Below, in pieces: positions 7,522 through 16,042 of a stretch of 32,000 nucleotides of DNA. Under the pieces are notes generated by a model that was not told where the DNA came from, ran no database searches, and worked only from the letters and a program-made list of their open reading frames with translations. Positions within the stretch are counted from its first letter, which is position 1; each line of letters starts with the position of its first letter. Made by a program: the position numbers and the translations under genes. The stretch covers positions 1,230,001 to 1,262,000 of the forward strand of contig CP025011.1 in assembly GCA_002952755.1 (NCBI GenBank), given 5' to 3'. The stretch is from Candidatus Saccharimonadota bacterium. Lineage in GTDB: Bacteria > Patescibacteriota > Saccharimonadia > Saccharimonadales > UBA4665.

Positions 7522-8593
7522 CTACGATCGTAATTACAACGATTAAGCCAAGCAAGAATACAAAACTAGCCCCCACGATGCGCTCTTCCATGTCTTTCGA
7601 GAGTCGCTTACCAAATACACGTGATAGCACAAGTACATAAAAACGACCCCCGTCTAGTGCAGGGATAGGTAAAACGTTCATGATAGCCAAACTTAGTGAG
7701 ATTAAACCAACTATAAGCAGCACAAACTGATACCCAAGCAAACTGCCATCGTGCAAGACAACGACGATCCCTACCGGTCCGGACACCTGCTCGCTTGCCT
7801 TCGCTCCGTCACCATGAAACACAGCATTTATCGCCGTTCCAAGCCCTTGAAACGTTGCAATAGTAAATTGCTTCATGAGCCCCAAGGCTTGCAAGGGCGC
7901 CGACCATGTTGACCGAGTAAGCGCAAACTCGGCTGGCGACAATCCTAAGTAGGCGCCATTCTTTGCCTGGGCAGCAGAACGCAAAGTAGCATAAGCGACG
8001 TGCTGTTGGCCACCGCGCATATACGTAATTGAAGCTGATGTACCCGCAAATCGCTTGGTGAGTTGTGGCAACTGATCTGCGCTTGAAATCTGTATGGCAT
8101 TAATAGCTACAAGGCGATCTCTGGTACGCAGACCACTTGTCGCAGCAGGGGTGTGGGGTTCGATAAGCCCAACCAGCACCTCTCGATGTGCTATCTGTGT
8201 GTCGCTAGCAATGTGATACTGATTATCTAAAAGCCGGGGCATGCCTACCCAACCAAGAATGGTAAAAATAACAAAAGCGGCAAGCAAGTTCATAGCTACA
8301 CCAGCCAGCATAATCTTGCCCTTGGTTTTAAAAGAGGACGCCCCAAAGCTACCGGCTTCTGTCGCGGAATCGTTCTCCCCCTTTAATTTTACAAAGCCGC
8401 CAATCGGCAGCCAGTTAAGCGTAAACAAAAAACCTTTTTTTGTTTTGCGCGCCCAAGCACGAGGTGGAAAGCCGATACCAAATTCCTCAACCTCTACACC
8501 GCCCCGGCGCGCCACAATGAAATGGCCAAATTCGTGTAGTATCACTAGCCCAATAAAGAGCAACAAGCCGAGCACGAGCAAGACGATTGACAT
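7502..8593 (-). CDS. rseP: RIP zinc metalloprotease RseP/RasP (M50 site-2 protease with PDZ domain)
   Basis: HEFGHFIVAR (HExxH) in TM1, a central PDZ-like segment, and C-terminal NVLPIPALDGG. SD GGAGGGG directly upstream. Confidence 0.92.
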   Translation of the reverse strand: MSIVLLVLGLLLFIGLVILHEFGHFIVARRGGVEVEEFGIGFPPRAWARKTKKGFLFTLNWLPIGGFVKLKGENDSATEAGSFGASSFKTKGKIMLAGVAMNLLAAFVIFTILGWVGMPRLLDNQYHIASDTQIAHREVLVGLIEPHTPAATSGLRTRDRLVAINAIQISSADQLPQLTKRFAGTSASITYMRGGQQHVAYATLRSAAQAKNGAYLGLSPAEFALTRSTWSAPLQALGLMKQFTIATFQGLGTAINAVFHGDGAKASEQVSGPVGIVVVLHDGSLLGYQFVLLIVGLISLSLAIMNVLPIPALDGGRFYVLVLSRVFGKRLSKDMEERIVGASFVFLLGLIVVITIVDVRRFF

Positions 8594-8617
8594 GACCCCT
8601 CCTTTTATAACATCTGA

Positions 8618-9325
8618 CTAAGCGCCAAAACGTCGCTGGCGGCGACCGTATTCTTTAATAATATCGGTCACGTCCTGTTTTGTCATGTCTGGCCAGTATT
8701 TTTTCAAGAAATAAAACTCACTATAAGCAGCTCGCCACAGCATAAAATTACTGAGACGATGCTCGCCAGAGGTACGCACGATCATATCCAACGCAGGCGC
8801 TTCGGGGGCGTAGAGCCGCTCGGTAATTGCCTGCTCGGTTATGTTCTGAGGAGATAAACCATCTTCGACGCATTTACGTGCAGCGTCGGCGATTTCCTGC
8901 TGACCGCCATAGTTGAAACAGATGAGCAAGGTGCCGCCAGTGAGTGAGCGAGTCGCTTCTTCAGCTTTTTCGACAGCAGCTAAAAGTTTAGCACCTATCC
9001 CCTCACGACGACCAAGGTATCTCACACGGATCTTTTCATCCAAGAAATGCTTAAGATCTGAGGTGACCGCTCTGGTGGCCAGCTTCATTAAGTTCCCGAC
9101 TTCCGACTTATCGCGCTTCCAATTCTCCGTAGAAAAGGCATAGATCGATACAAATTGGACTCCCTGCTCGAAAGCACCGTCGATAACCTCGCGCAGAGCG
9201 TTATACCCCGCTAGATGCCCATCGTATTCGGGCAGACTATGCATAGTAGCCCAACGTCGATTACCGTCGACGATAAAGCCAAGGTGCTTGGGAGTAACTG
9301 TTGTATCGATTTCCATCTGCAGCAT
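8618..9325 (-). CDS. uppS: Isoprenyl transferase / undecaprenyl-diphosphate synthase
   Basis: HLGFIVDGNRRWA motif, FSTENWKR, RTSGEHRLSNFMLWRAAYSEF. 235 aa. Confidence 0.95.
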   Translation of the reverse strand: MLQMEIDTTVTPKHLGFIVDGNRRWATMHSLPEYDGHLAGYNALREVIDGAFEQGVQFVSIYAFSTENWKRDKSEVGNLMKLATRAVTSDLKHFLDEKIRVRYLGRREGIGAKLLAAVEKAEEATRSLTGGTLLICFNYGGQQEIADAARKCVEDGLSPQNITEQAITERLYAPEAPALDMIVRTSGEHRLSNFMLWRAAYSEFYFLKKYWPDMTKQDVTDIIKEYGRRQRRFGA

Positions 9326-9348
9326 TATATCCTATGCCGGAGACTCGC

Positions 9349-9900
9349 TTAAATAGTCATTATTTCGGCTTCTTTGGCACGTGCAATAGCATCTATCTCT
9401 GTTTTTGCTCTCGCCATAGCATCATCCACTTGTTTCTCGTGACGTTTGGCGTCGTCTTCGCCGATGGTCTTATCTTTTTTGGCAGCATCTATTGCATCCA
9501 TGGCATCGTGGCGAACAGCACGCAGCACAATCATACTGTCTTCTACCTTACCGTTTAGAATTTTCACAAATTCGCGGCGGCGCTCCTCATTTAAAGGGGG
9601 AATAGGCACACGAACAACGCGGCCATCGTCCATAGGATTGAGACCCAGTGTGGGGTTGTCGCGAATAGCACTTGCGATCGCCGAGATATTATTCGGGTCA
9701 AAGGGCGTTATTTGAATGAGCTGCGCCTCTGGAGCGGTGACGTTCGCTACTTGATTCAGCGGCATTGGCGTGCCATAGGCCAGTACCATTATGCCGTCGA
9801 GCATACTCGCGCTAGCGCGACCAGTTCGGAGCTTCTTTGCCTCATCCTGGAAATGAGTGACGGCATGCTTCATCTTTTCTTCGTATTGCTTTGTGTCCAT
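9349..9900 (-). CDS. frr: Ribosome recycling factor
   Basis: 183 aa. Typical RRF sequence (FQDEAKKLRTGRASASMLDGIMV...VRVPIPPLNEERRREFVK). Confidence 0.96.
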   Translation of the reverse strand: MDTKQYEEKMKHAVTHFQDEAKKLRTGRASASMLDGIMVLAYGTPMPLNQVANVTAPEAQLIQITPFDPNNISAIASAIRDNPTLGLNPMDDGRVVRVPIPPLNEERRREFVKILNGKVEDSMIVLRAVRHDAMDAIDAAKKDKTIGEDDAKRHEKQVDDAMARAKTEIDAIARAKEAEIMTI

Positions 9901-9950
9901 ATACGCTTCTTACCCCCATTAATTACGCAGGGAAAATCCCATGTCTTAGA

Positions 9951-10550
9951 CTAGTTGGCGACTTCGCCTAGCGCCATACGTGAGAAACGACGAACAACAA
10001 TATTCTCGCCAAGCTTGGCAATATGTTCCTTCATGTATGCGCCGACAGTCTGATCAGGATCCTTCACAAATGGCTGATCGAGTAGACACTTCTCAGCAAA
10101 GTATTTCTTTAACATGCCTTCTACAATCTGTGCAACCATGTTTTCAGGCTTGCCTTCGTTTTTAACCTTTTCGGCAAATTCGGCTTGGGCGGCTTCCCGG
10201 TCAGCAGCCGGAATGTCGTCGGCACTCACATATTGTGGGCTGGAGGCGGCAACATGCATAGCGAGGTCTTTTACTAAATCAGTAAAAAGCCCGTTACGGG
10301 CAACGAAGTCGGTTTCACAGTTTACTTCTATAAGGACGCCGATACGGCTATCGTGGTTGTATGTTCCTATAACACCAGAGCGCGCTTCTCGTTCGCCGCG
10401 TTTTTCGGCTTTGGTAAGACCCTTTTTACGCATCTGGGTCAGGGCTTTATCGAAATCACCATTTGCGTCATCAAGCGCTCTCTTAGCGTCGGTCATGCCC
10501 ACGCCCGTCAGTTCACGCAGGCGCTTGATCTCTTCAATATTTACTGCCAT
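9951..10550 (-). CDS. tsf: Translation elongation factor Ts (short form)
   Basis: N-terminal UBA-like IKRLRELTGVGMTDAKRALDDANGDFDKA, then RSGVIGTY...IEVNCETDFVARN. 199 aa. Confidence 0.95.
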   Translation of the reverse strand: MAVNIEEIKRLRELTGVGMTDAKRALDDANGDFDKALTQMRKKGLTKAEKRGEREARSGVIGTYNHDSRIGVLIEVNCETDFVARNGLFTDLVKDLAMHVAASSPQYVSADDIPAADREAAQAEFAEKVKNEGKPENMVAQIVEGMLKKYFAEKCLLDQPFVKDPDQTVGAYMKEHIAKLGENIVVRRFSRMALGEVAN

Positions 10551-10564
10551 TTTGCTGATCCTCC

Positions 10565-11305
10565 CTACTTCTTTTCTTCGGTCTTTTCGTCTTTGTCAGG
10601 GCTAGCCTTCGCAGCCTTAGCCTTACCAGTCTCTACGGCTAGTTTCAGGTACTCACAAACTAATTGGATTGTCCTGATGGCGTCGTCATTGCAAGGAATT
10701 GGGTAGTCAGCAAGGTCAGGGTCGGCATTAGTGTCTACTAATGCGACAATTGGCAAACCTAGCTTACGTGCTTCCTTAACGGCATTACTATCAGAAACGA
10801 GATCAAAGATGAAGACTGCGCCAGGCTTGGCAGCCATATTCTTAATACCACCGTAAATAGCGTTCATGGCGTCAATCTCTTCCTGGAAACGCTGTACTTC
10901 CAGCTTGCTATATTTATTAGCCAGCTCGCCGGATGCCATTTTCTCTTCCAGGTCATGTAGGTGCTTTATGCGAGCACCGATTGTCGGCCAGTTGGTGAGC
11001 ATACCGCCAAGCCAGCGCTCGGTTACATAAGGTTGCTTGACTGATACAGCCAACTCGGTAACGATATCCTGCGCTTGGCGCTTGGTGGCAACGAAAAGTA
11101 TTTGCTTGCCCTCGCCTGCTGTCTGCGCAATAAAATCAAGCGCTTTCTCGAGGCTACTCACTGTCTTTGTCAGATCGATAATATGACTGCCTCCACGCTT
11201 ACTATGGATGAAGGGCGCCATCTTAGGATGCCAGCGAGCAGTCTTGTGCCCAAAGTGCGCACCAGCTTCTAATAATTTCTTAATGTCTACATCAACAGTA
11301 GCCAT
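10565..11305 (-). CDS. rpsB: 30S ribosomal protein S2
   Basis: LLEAGAHFGHKTARWHPKM..., ERWLGGMLTNW, DTNADPD. A C-terminal Lys/Glu-rich tail. SD AAAGGA (11315-11320). Confidence 0.97.
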   Translation of the reverse strand: MATVDVDIKKLLEAGAHFGHKTARWHPKMAPFIHSKRGGSHIIDLTKTVSSLEKALDFIAQTAGEGKQILFVATKRQAQDIVTELAVSVKQPYVTERWLGGMLTNWPTIGARIKHLHDLEEKMASGELANKYSKLEVQRFQEEIDAMNAIYGGIKNMAAKPGAVFIFDLVSDSNAVKEARKLGLPIVALVDTNADPDLADYPIPCNDDAIRTIQLVCEYLKLAVETGKAKAAKASPDKDEKTEEKK

Positions 11306-11405
11306 ATAACTATGTCCTTTCTCTTCGGCTAGGTGCCCTGTGGAGCCTGCACGGCCGCCAAAAGGAGGATAATTCCCTTAGCCTGCTTAATTACGTACTC
11401 CTTAG

Positions 11406-11435
11406 AGTATACCAGATACCAACAGGGTATGTCTA
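11406..11435 (-). promoter_or_regulatory. Candidate rpsB promoter, giving a ~95-nt structured leader
   Basis: Minus strand TAGACA (11430-11435), 18 nt spacer, TATACT (11406-11411). The leader 11399-11306 contains CCUCCUUU (11361-11368), complementary to the rpsB SD. Confidence 0.45.
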
Positions 11436-11487
11436 TGGCCTACTATGAGATATCGTGGAAGTCTATACTATCGCTCCCGAATGTTCT

Positions 11488-11516
11488 TTGACATTCCTTG
11501 TAAAAACAGATACAAT
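11488..11516 (+). promoter_or_regulatory. Consensus-like promoter for rpmE, predicting a leaderless or near-leaderless mRNA
   Basis: TTGACA (11488-11493), exactly 17 nt spacer, TACAAT (11511-11516). The ATG of rpmE is at 11527, only 10 nt after the -10 box, with no SD. Confidence 0.6.
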
Positions 11517-11526
11517 TACTTGGATT

Positions 11527-11883
11527 ATGAAAAAAGACATTCACCCCGCTACATATCGCTTGGTCGTTTTCGAAGACCTAAATAATGGTTTTAAGTTTCT
11601 CACTCGCTCTACGGTAGCTACTGAAGAAAAAACGAAGTGGGAAGATGGCAACGATTACCCCCTCGTGAAAGTGCACATTACGAGCACCTCCCACCCCTTC
11701 TTTACTGGCGAGGAGCGTATCGTTGACATCGAAGGCCGCGTCGATAAGTTCAAGGCTCGCGCAGCTGCTGCCGACGCTGCCCGCGAGAAGCGTATCAAGG
11801 CCGCTAAGAAGCAATCCGCTCGCAAAGCTGCGAAAAGTGAAAAAGCAGACGAAAAGAAAGCTGCAAGCAAACTTACGCGTTAG
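11527..11883 (+). CDS. rpmE: 50S ribosomal protein L31, type B (Cys-less), with a ~40-aa Lys/Ala-rich C-terminal extension
   Basis: [29 protein letters not shown]...[24 protein letters not shown] matches the L31 type B pattern (no CxxC). The internal Met of track ORF 11455..11883 was chosen because it matches the family N-terminus and lies downstream of the promoter. Confidence 0.9.
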   Translation: MKKDIHPATYRLVVFEDLNNGFKFLTRSTVATEEKTKWEDGNDYPLVKVHITSTSHPFFTGEERIVDIEGRVDKFKARAAAADAAREKRIKAAKKQSARKAAKSEKADEKKAASKLTR

Positions 11884-11898
11884 CTATCTCAAGCACAC

Positions 11899-11935
11899 AA
11901 AACCGCCGACATATATGCCTGGCGGTTTTCTTTTA
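11899..11935 (+). terminator. Rho-independent terminator after rpmE
   Basis: AACCGCC (11901-11907), 13-nt loop, GGCGGTT (11921-11927), followed by TTTTCTTTT. Confidence 0.7.
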
Positions 11936-12124
11936 TAACGCACTGATATACTAAGGATACTATGAACCCATCTCAAATCTCCTCTCCGCCCCAGACCATC
12001 CAGTTTAGGACCACATCCGCCCATGGTGCGTTGACGTACCCACCGGTACGCCTCTTTACCCTGTACAAATGTTGTCTTAACATTGGACAATTTGGCATCG
12101 AAGGGGGGAGTTGAGGTGGGTTCT

Positions 12125-13183
12125 ATGGAACAAAAAGAAGCAAATCTCCGGCAGGAATTGAGCGATATTGAGTCAAGACTACAAGACCCTGCCATCTTTA
12201 GCTCTAAAGACTACCCAAAATTGGCCAAACGACGTACCACTCTAGACGCAATTATTAGCCTATTCAACGAACGCGAACAGCTGCGTAAAAATCAAGTCGA
12301 GCTCAAGACTATGGCTGCCGATACCGATCCCGAGTTAGCACTACTAGCAGAAAATGAGCTTGCCGAACTCACAGAAAAGGCTAAGACCAATGAAACGAGA
12401 TTGCAAGAAGCATTGACACCCCAAGATCCGAATAACGATCGTGATGTCGTCATGGAAATTCGGGCTGCAGCTGGAGGCGATGAAGCCAGCCTCTTCGCTG
12501 CCGATCTCTACCGCATGTACATTCGCTGGGCAGAAAGACATGCATTTAAAGTCGAGTTAGTCAGCGAATCTCTCTCAGAGGTCGGCGGCTTTAAGGAAAT
12601 AATCTTTGGCGTCAAAGGCGATGATATCTACCGTCAGCTTAAATTTGAAGCCGGCGTTCATAGAGTGCAGCGCGTACCGAGCACCGAGAGTCAAGGACGA
12701 ATCCATACTTCCACTACCACTGTTGCTGTCTTACCCGAAGCAGAGGAAACCGATATCGAGATTACCATGAACGACCTGCGTATTGACGTCTACCACGCCT
12801 CCGGCCATGGCGGTCAAAGCGTCAATACAACCGACTCGGCAGTGCGCATCACCCACTTGCCTACTGGTATGGTCGTAACCTGTCAAGACGAAAAATCGCA
12901 AATTAAAAACAAGGAAAAAGCCCTGGGTGTGTTGCGAAGTCGACTACTTGCAGCAAAGATTGAAGAAGAGCAAAAACAATTAAGCGATACTCGCAAAAAA
13001 TTGATAGGCAGCGGCGACCGGTCAGAAAAAATACGAACGTATAACTTCCCGCAGGATCGTATTACTGATCACCGCATTGGGTACTCCCGGAGTAATATTC
13101 CTGGCGCTCTGAATGGCGAAATTGATGACTTGATTGAGCAGTTACAGGAATACGAACGTCAACTACTCAATAACGAAGTGTAA
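12125..13183 (+). CDS. prfA: Peptide chain release factor 1
   Basis: PST tripeptide ([14 protein letters not shown]) and GGQ motif ([19 protein letters not shown]). ATG 12125 is preferred over the track TTG 12083 because GAGGTG sits 6 nt upstream and [12 protein letters not shown] aligns with RF1 N-termini. Confidence 0.96.
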   Translation: MEQKEANLRQELSDIESRLQDPAIFSSKDYPKLAKRRTTLDAIISLFNEREQLRKNQVELKTMAADTDPELALLAENELAELTEKAKTNETRLQEALTPQDPNNDRDVVMEIRAAAGGDEASLFAADLYRMYIRWAERHAFKVELVSESLSEVGGFKEIIFGVKGDDIYRQLKFEAGVHRVQRVPSTESQGRIHTSTTTVAVLPEAEETDIEITMNDLRIDVYHASGHGGQSVNTTDSAVRITHLPTGMVVTCQDEKSQIKNKEKALGVLRSRLLAAKIEEEQKQLSDTRKKLIGSGDRSEKIRTYNFPQDRITDHRIGYSRSNIPGALNGEIDDLIEQLQEYERQLLNNEV

Positions 13184-14025
13184 TGATCGTCAATAATTTT
13201 CTGCATAGGGCAACAGGTAAGTTAGAAAAAGCAGGCATAGCAAGCGCACGTTTAGACGTACTTATCTTGTTGGAAGATGTGCTAGCTCGAAACCGGGCTT
13301 CAATTTTGGCACACCCCGAACTCAATCTCTCTAGCCGTCAAATCACTATATTGAACAACTATATTACTCAAAGGACACTCCATACTCCACTTGCCTATAT
13401 CAGAGGTACCAGCATGTTTTATGGGCGCTCATTTACCATAACAACAGATGTGCTAGTACCTCGACCGGAAAGCGAAGCAATGATTACCTTATTGCTGCGG
13501 ATAAGTAAACGCGCCCCAAACGCTCTACATATTGCCGATATTGGCACGGGCTCAGGCTGCCTAGGCATAACTGCCAAGTTAGAATTACCGACTGCACAAG
13601 TGGGCCTTTACGACATAAGCCCGGCCGCCCTCGCATGCGCTACACATAATGCCAAACTCTATGGCGTGGAAGTAATGATAGAAAAAGTCGACCTTATAAA
13701 AGAAGTATCTACACCAGGGAGTCGTTACAATGTCGTACTCGCCAACCTGCCCTATGTACCGGATGACTTTCCAATTAACCAGGCAGCCGCACATGAACCA
13801 AAGATTGCGCTTTTTGCTGGCTCAGACGGACTTGATTTGTATAGACGAATATTCATGCAGGTTGCAACATTAACCGATAGGCCCCGGCACATTATTACAG
13901 AATCCTTGCAACCCCAACACTCTAAACTCAAAAATATAGCCAAAAAAGCGGGGTATTATCTGCAAGAGACCGAGGGTTTGGCACAGCATTTCCTAGATAC
14001 CTTAGACCGGATAGGCCCTAACTAG
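13183..14025 (+). CDS. prmC: Release factor glutamine N5-methyltransferase PrmC/HemK
   Basis: Start overlaps the prfA stop (TAATG). SAM motif DIGTGSGCLG. Catalytic motif reads NLPY (13744-13755) instead of canonical NPPY. Confidence 0.9.
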   Translation: MIVNNFLHRATGKLEKAGIASARLDVLILLEDVLARNRASILAHPELNLSSRQITILNNYITQRTLHTPLAYIRGTSMFYGRSFTITTDVLVPRPESEAMITLLLRISKRAPNALHIADIGTGSGCLGITAKLELPTAQVGLYDISPAALACATHNAKLYGVEVMIEKVDLIKEVSTPGSRYNVVLANLPYVPDDFPINQAAAHEPKIALFAGSDGLDLYRRIFMQVATLTDRPRHIITESLQPQHSKLKNIAKKAGYYLQETEGLAQHFLDTLDRIGPN

Positions 14026-15256
14026 AAGGAGCAGTACCAAGAGTAACAGAAACCGTTTGCTGCTTGCCGCCCCTGAGAATATTCAGGATCACCGTATCAC
14101 CGACTACATGCTTATTAATGATTGCCGAGAGGCTGTTCGTTTGATCAATTGCGATATTGTCTATTTTGGTGATGATGTCGCCCTCTTTTAAGCCAGCCTT
14201 GGAGGCGGGTCCATCACTTAGAATCGTATCCGAACCAGTAGCGCTGGAAGTGGGGATATACGCACCGCGGGCAACACTTAGATTATACTGTTGCGCTACA
14301 TCATTAGTCAGAGGGATGTATACGACACCGAGGAAGGGCCGCTGCAGCTTGCCAGTTTGCTCTACAGATTTAATAAGACCGCTTATGTCGTTGATAGGAA
14401 TCGAGAAACCAAGGTTCTGAGCCCCATTCGCTACCGCCGTATTTATTCCGACAACGTCACCATCCAGATTAACTAATGGACCGCCGGAATTACCCTCATT
14501 AATAGCTGCATCTGTCTGGAACATATCTTCTAGATTCTCGTTACTTGCACCGCTCGAATCGCTGGCCTGAAGGCTACGTCCATAGCCTGAAATAATGCCA
14601 GAAGTAACCGTATTCTGGAATTGGCCTAGAGCGTTGCCGATCGCTACAACCGGATCACCAACTTTCATCTTCGTCGAATCGCCGATGGAAACAGGCGTTA
14701 ACTTTTTACCCTTGGTGTCACCTATCTTCAGGAAGGCGATATCAAGGCTATCGTTTTGATTTGTCCTTCCTACGACTGACACATTATCAAACTCCGTGCC
14801 ATCCGAAAGTGTAACCGTTACTTTAGTCGTCCCCGCAGGCGCTACATGCCGGTTTGTAATGATTAAGCCATCAGAAGTCAAAATGATACCGGTGCCAGCC
14901 CCCTGTTTTTGGCTGTCGGTACCAAAAAAACCCTGTGTCGTCTGTAAGGTGGTGATCGAGACTACACTCTGACCCACTGTTTGGGCAATATTGCTTATGA
15001 GCTGCCCTTGTGTTTTAAGGACCACTTGCTGTTTCTGAATAGTAGTAGCCGGGCTCTGATTCTTGTCGGCAAGCCAACCGCCCAAAAAGCCGAATGAAAT
15101 GCTTAAAATAAGTAACAAAGCAATAGCTAGAAATCGAATACGGGGATGATTAGGCCCTAAGGGGGCTTTTTTGTTTGTCTTTGGCGACCACTGCGGAATA
15201 AATCCCTGCTGTTCCGTTTGTCGTTCGTCCGTTTTTAAAGGCCCTTCGTTATCCAT
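14018..15256 (-). CDS. htrA: Membrane-anchored HtrA/DegP-family serine protease with C-terminal PDZ domain
   Basis: N-terminal TM (FLAIALLLILSISFGFLGGWLA), then a trypsin-like triad context (ITNRHV, DIAFLKI, GNSGGPLVN), then PDZ (LKEGDIITKIDN). SD GAGGGGAG. The 3' end overlaps prmC by 8 nt, convergently. Confidence 0.92.
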   Translation of the reverse strand: MDNEGPLKTDERQTEQQGFIPQWSPKTNKKAPLGPNHPRIRFLAIALLLILSISFGFLGGWLADKNQSPATTIQKQQVVLKTQGQLISNIAQTVGQSVVSITTLQTTQGFFGTDSQKQGAGTGIILTSDGLIITNRHVAPAGTTKVTVTLSDGTEFDNVSVVGRTNQNDSLDIAFLKIGDTKGKKLTPVSIGDSTKMKVGDPVVAIGNALGQFQNTVTSGIISGYGRSLQASDSSGASNENLEDMFQTDAAINEGNSGGPLVNLDGDVVGINTAVANGAQNLGFSIPINDISGLIKSVEQTGKLQRPFLGVVYIPLTNDVAQQYNLSVARGAYIPTSSATGSDTILSDGPASKAGLKEGDIITKIDNIAIDQTNSLSAIINKHVVGDTVILNILRGGKQQTVSVTLGTAPSS

Positions 15257-15274
15257 TCTCCCCTCACTCCCTCT

Positions 15275-16042
15275 CTAATGTAATAATGCACGTACAGTAC
15301 TAGTCGCGTTAACGGTCAACGATAATACTACGGCTATAATAATGGTATAGGTTGTTATCATAATTTCTAAACGTACTACTTTGGATAATCGATCGTAGTG
15401 ATCTAGGTAATATAACGCCGCCAGACCATAGCCAATTGCCACGAGCAACAAGGTTGGCTGAGCGATAAAGCCATAAAAAAGGAGCCAGTGGCCAAGTACC
15501 CATACCAAGGCACCTGCAAAATAGCCCCACAAATATGACAGGAGCTTAGCATAAGGCTCATCGAAGCTGTCGAAGAAATGTCGTGCAGTGAGATAGCATA
15601 TCAAAGAACTGGTCAGAACCAATGCGTAGAGTGCGCCGCCGCCCCATCCCAAAAAAAGGGCAGTCAGACCACTCAAAAGGCCAATCATCGACTGCAGCGA
15701 AACCATAGTTGCCCCCGATGCAGGCTTCAAAAATAACAGCCACAGCGCATACGCGGTCGCCCATAGCAGTTGCAGCCACTGCGTATCGCCGTGAACCATA
15801 AAGACCAGTAATGAAACGCCAACGATGATATCGACGGCATTTGCCCGAACATTAGCTGGCCAGAATCGAGGACGCACTGCAAACATACGCCACTTACTTA
15901 ACAAAATAATGGCCAAGGCTAGCTGGACAAAATCAATTCTCACGAGTACCAGCACGAGTAGTGCAAGAAGAATGTTCAAGCTAACATGTGCTAATCGCGA
16001 AAAACCACTGGCCGGTTTAATTTTGGCTACTAGTTGTCGCAT
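15275..16042 (-). CDS. Hypothetical polytopic integral membrane protein (about 7-8 predicted helices)
   Basis: 255-aa ORF, hydrophobic throughout, no recognised family. Its start overlaps the LCP gene stop by 26 nt, and its stop is 18 nt from the htrA start. Confidence 0.7.
   Translation of the reverse strand: MRQLVAKIKPASGFSRLAHVSLNILLALLVLVLVRIDFVQLALAIILLSKWRMFAVRPRFWPANVRANAVDIIVGVSLLVFMVHGDTQWLQLLWATAYALWLLFLKPASGATMVSLQSMIGLLSGLTALFLGWGGGALYALVLTSSLICYLTARHFFDSFDEPYAKLLSYLWGYFAGALVWVLGHWLLFYGFIAQPTLLLVAIGYGLAALYYLDHYDRLSKVVRLEIMITTYTIIIAVVLSLTVNATSTVRALLH

Noticed and set aside
12083-12124. TTG 12083 start for prfA given by the ORF track
   Set aside because: ATG 12125 has a GAGGTG SD at 6-nt spacing and matches RF1 N-termini. 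The upstream 14 codons ([14 protein letters not shown]) have no counterpart in RF1.
11884-12195. 103-aa minus-strand ORF spanning the rpmE terminator and the prfA start
   Set aside because: It runs through a terminator hairpin and the prfA RBS and start, has no RBS and has odd composition. It is most likely spurious.
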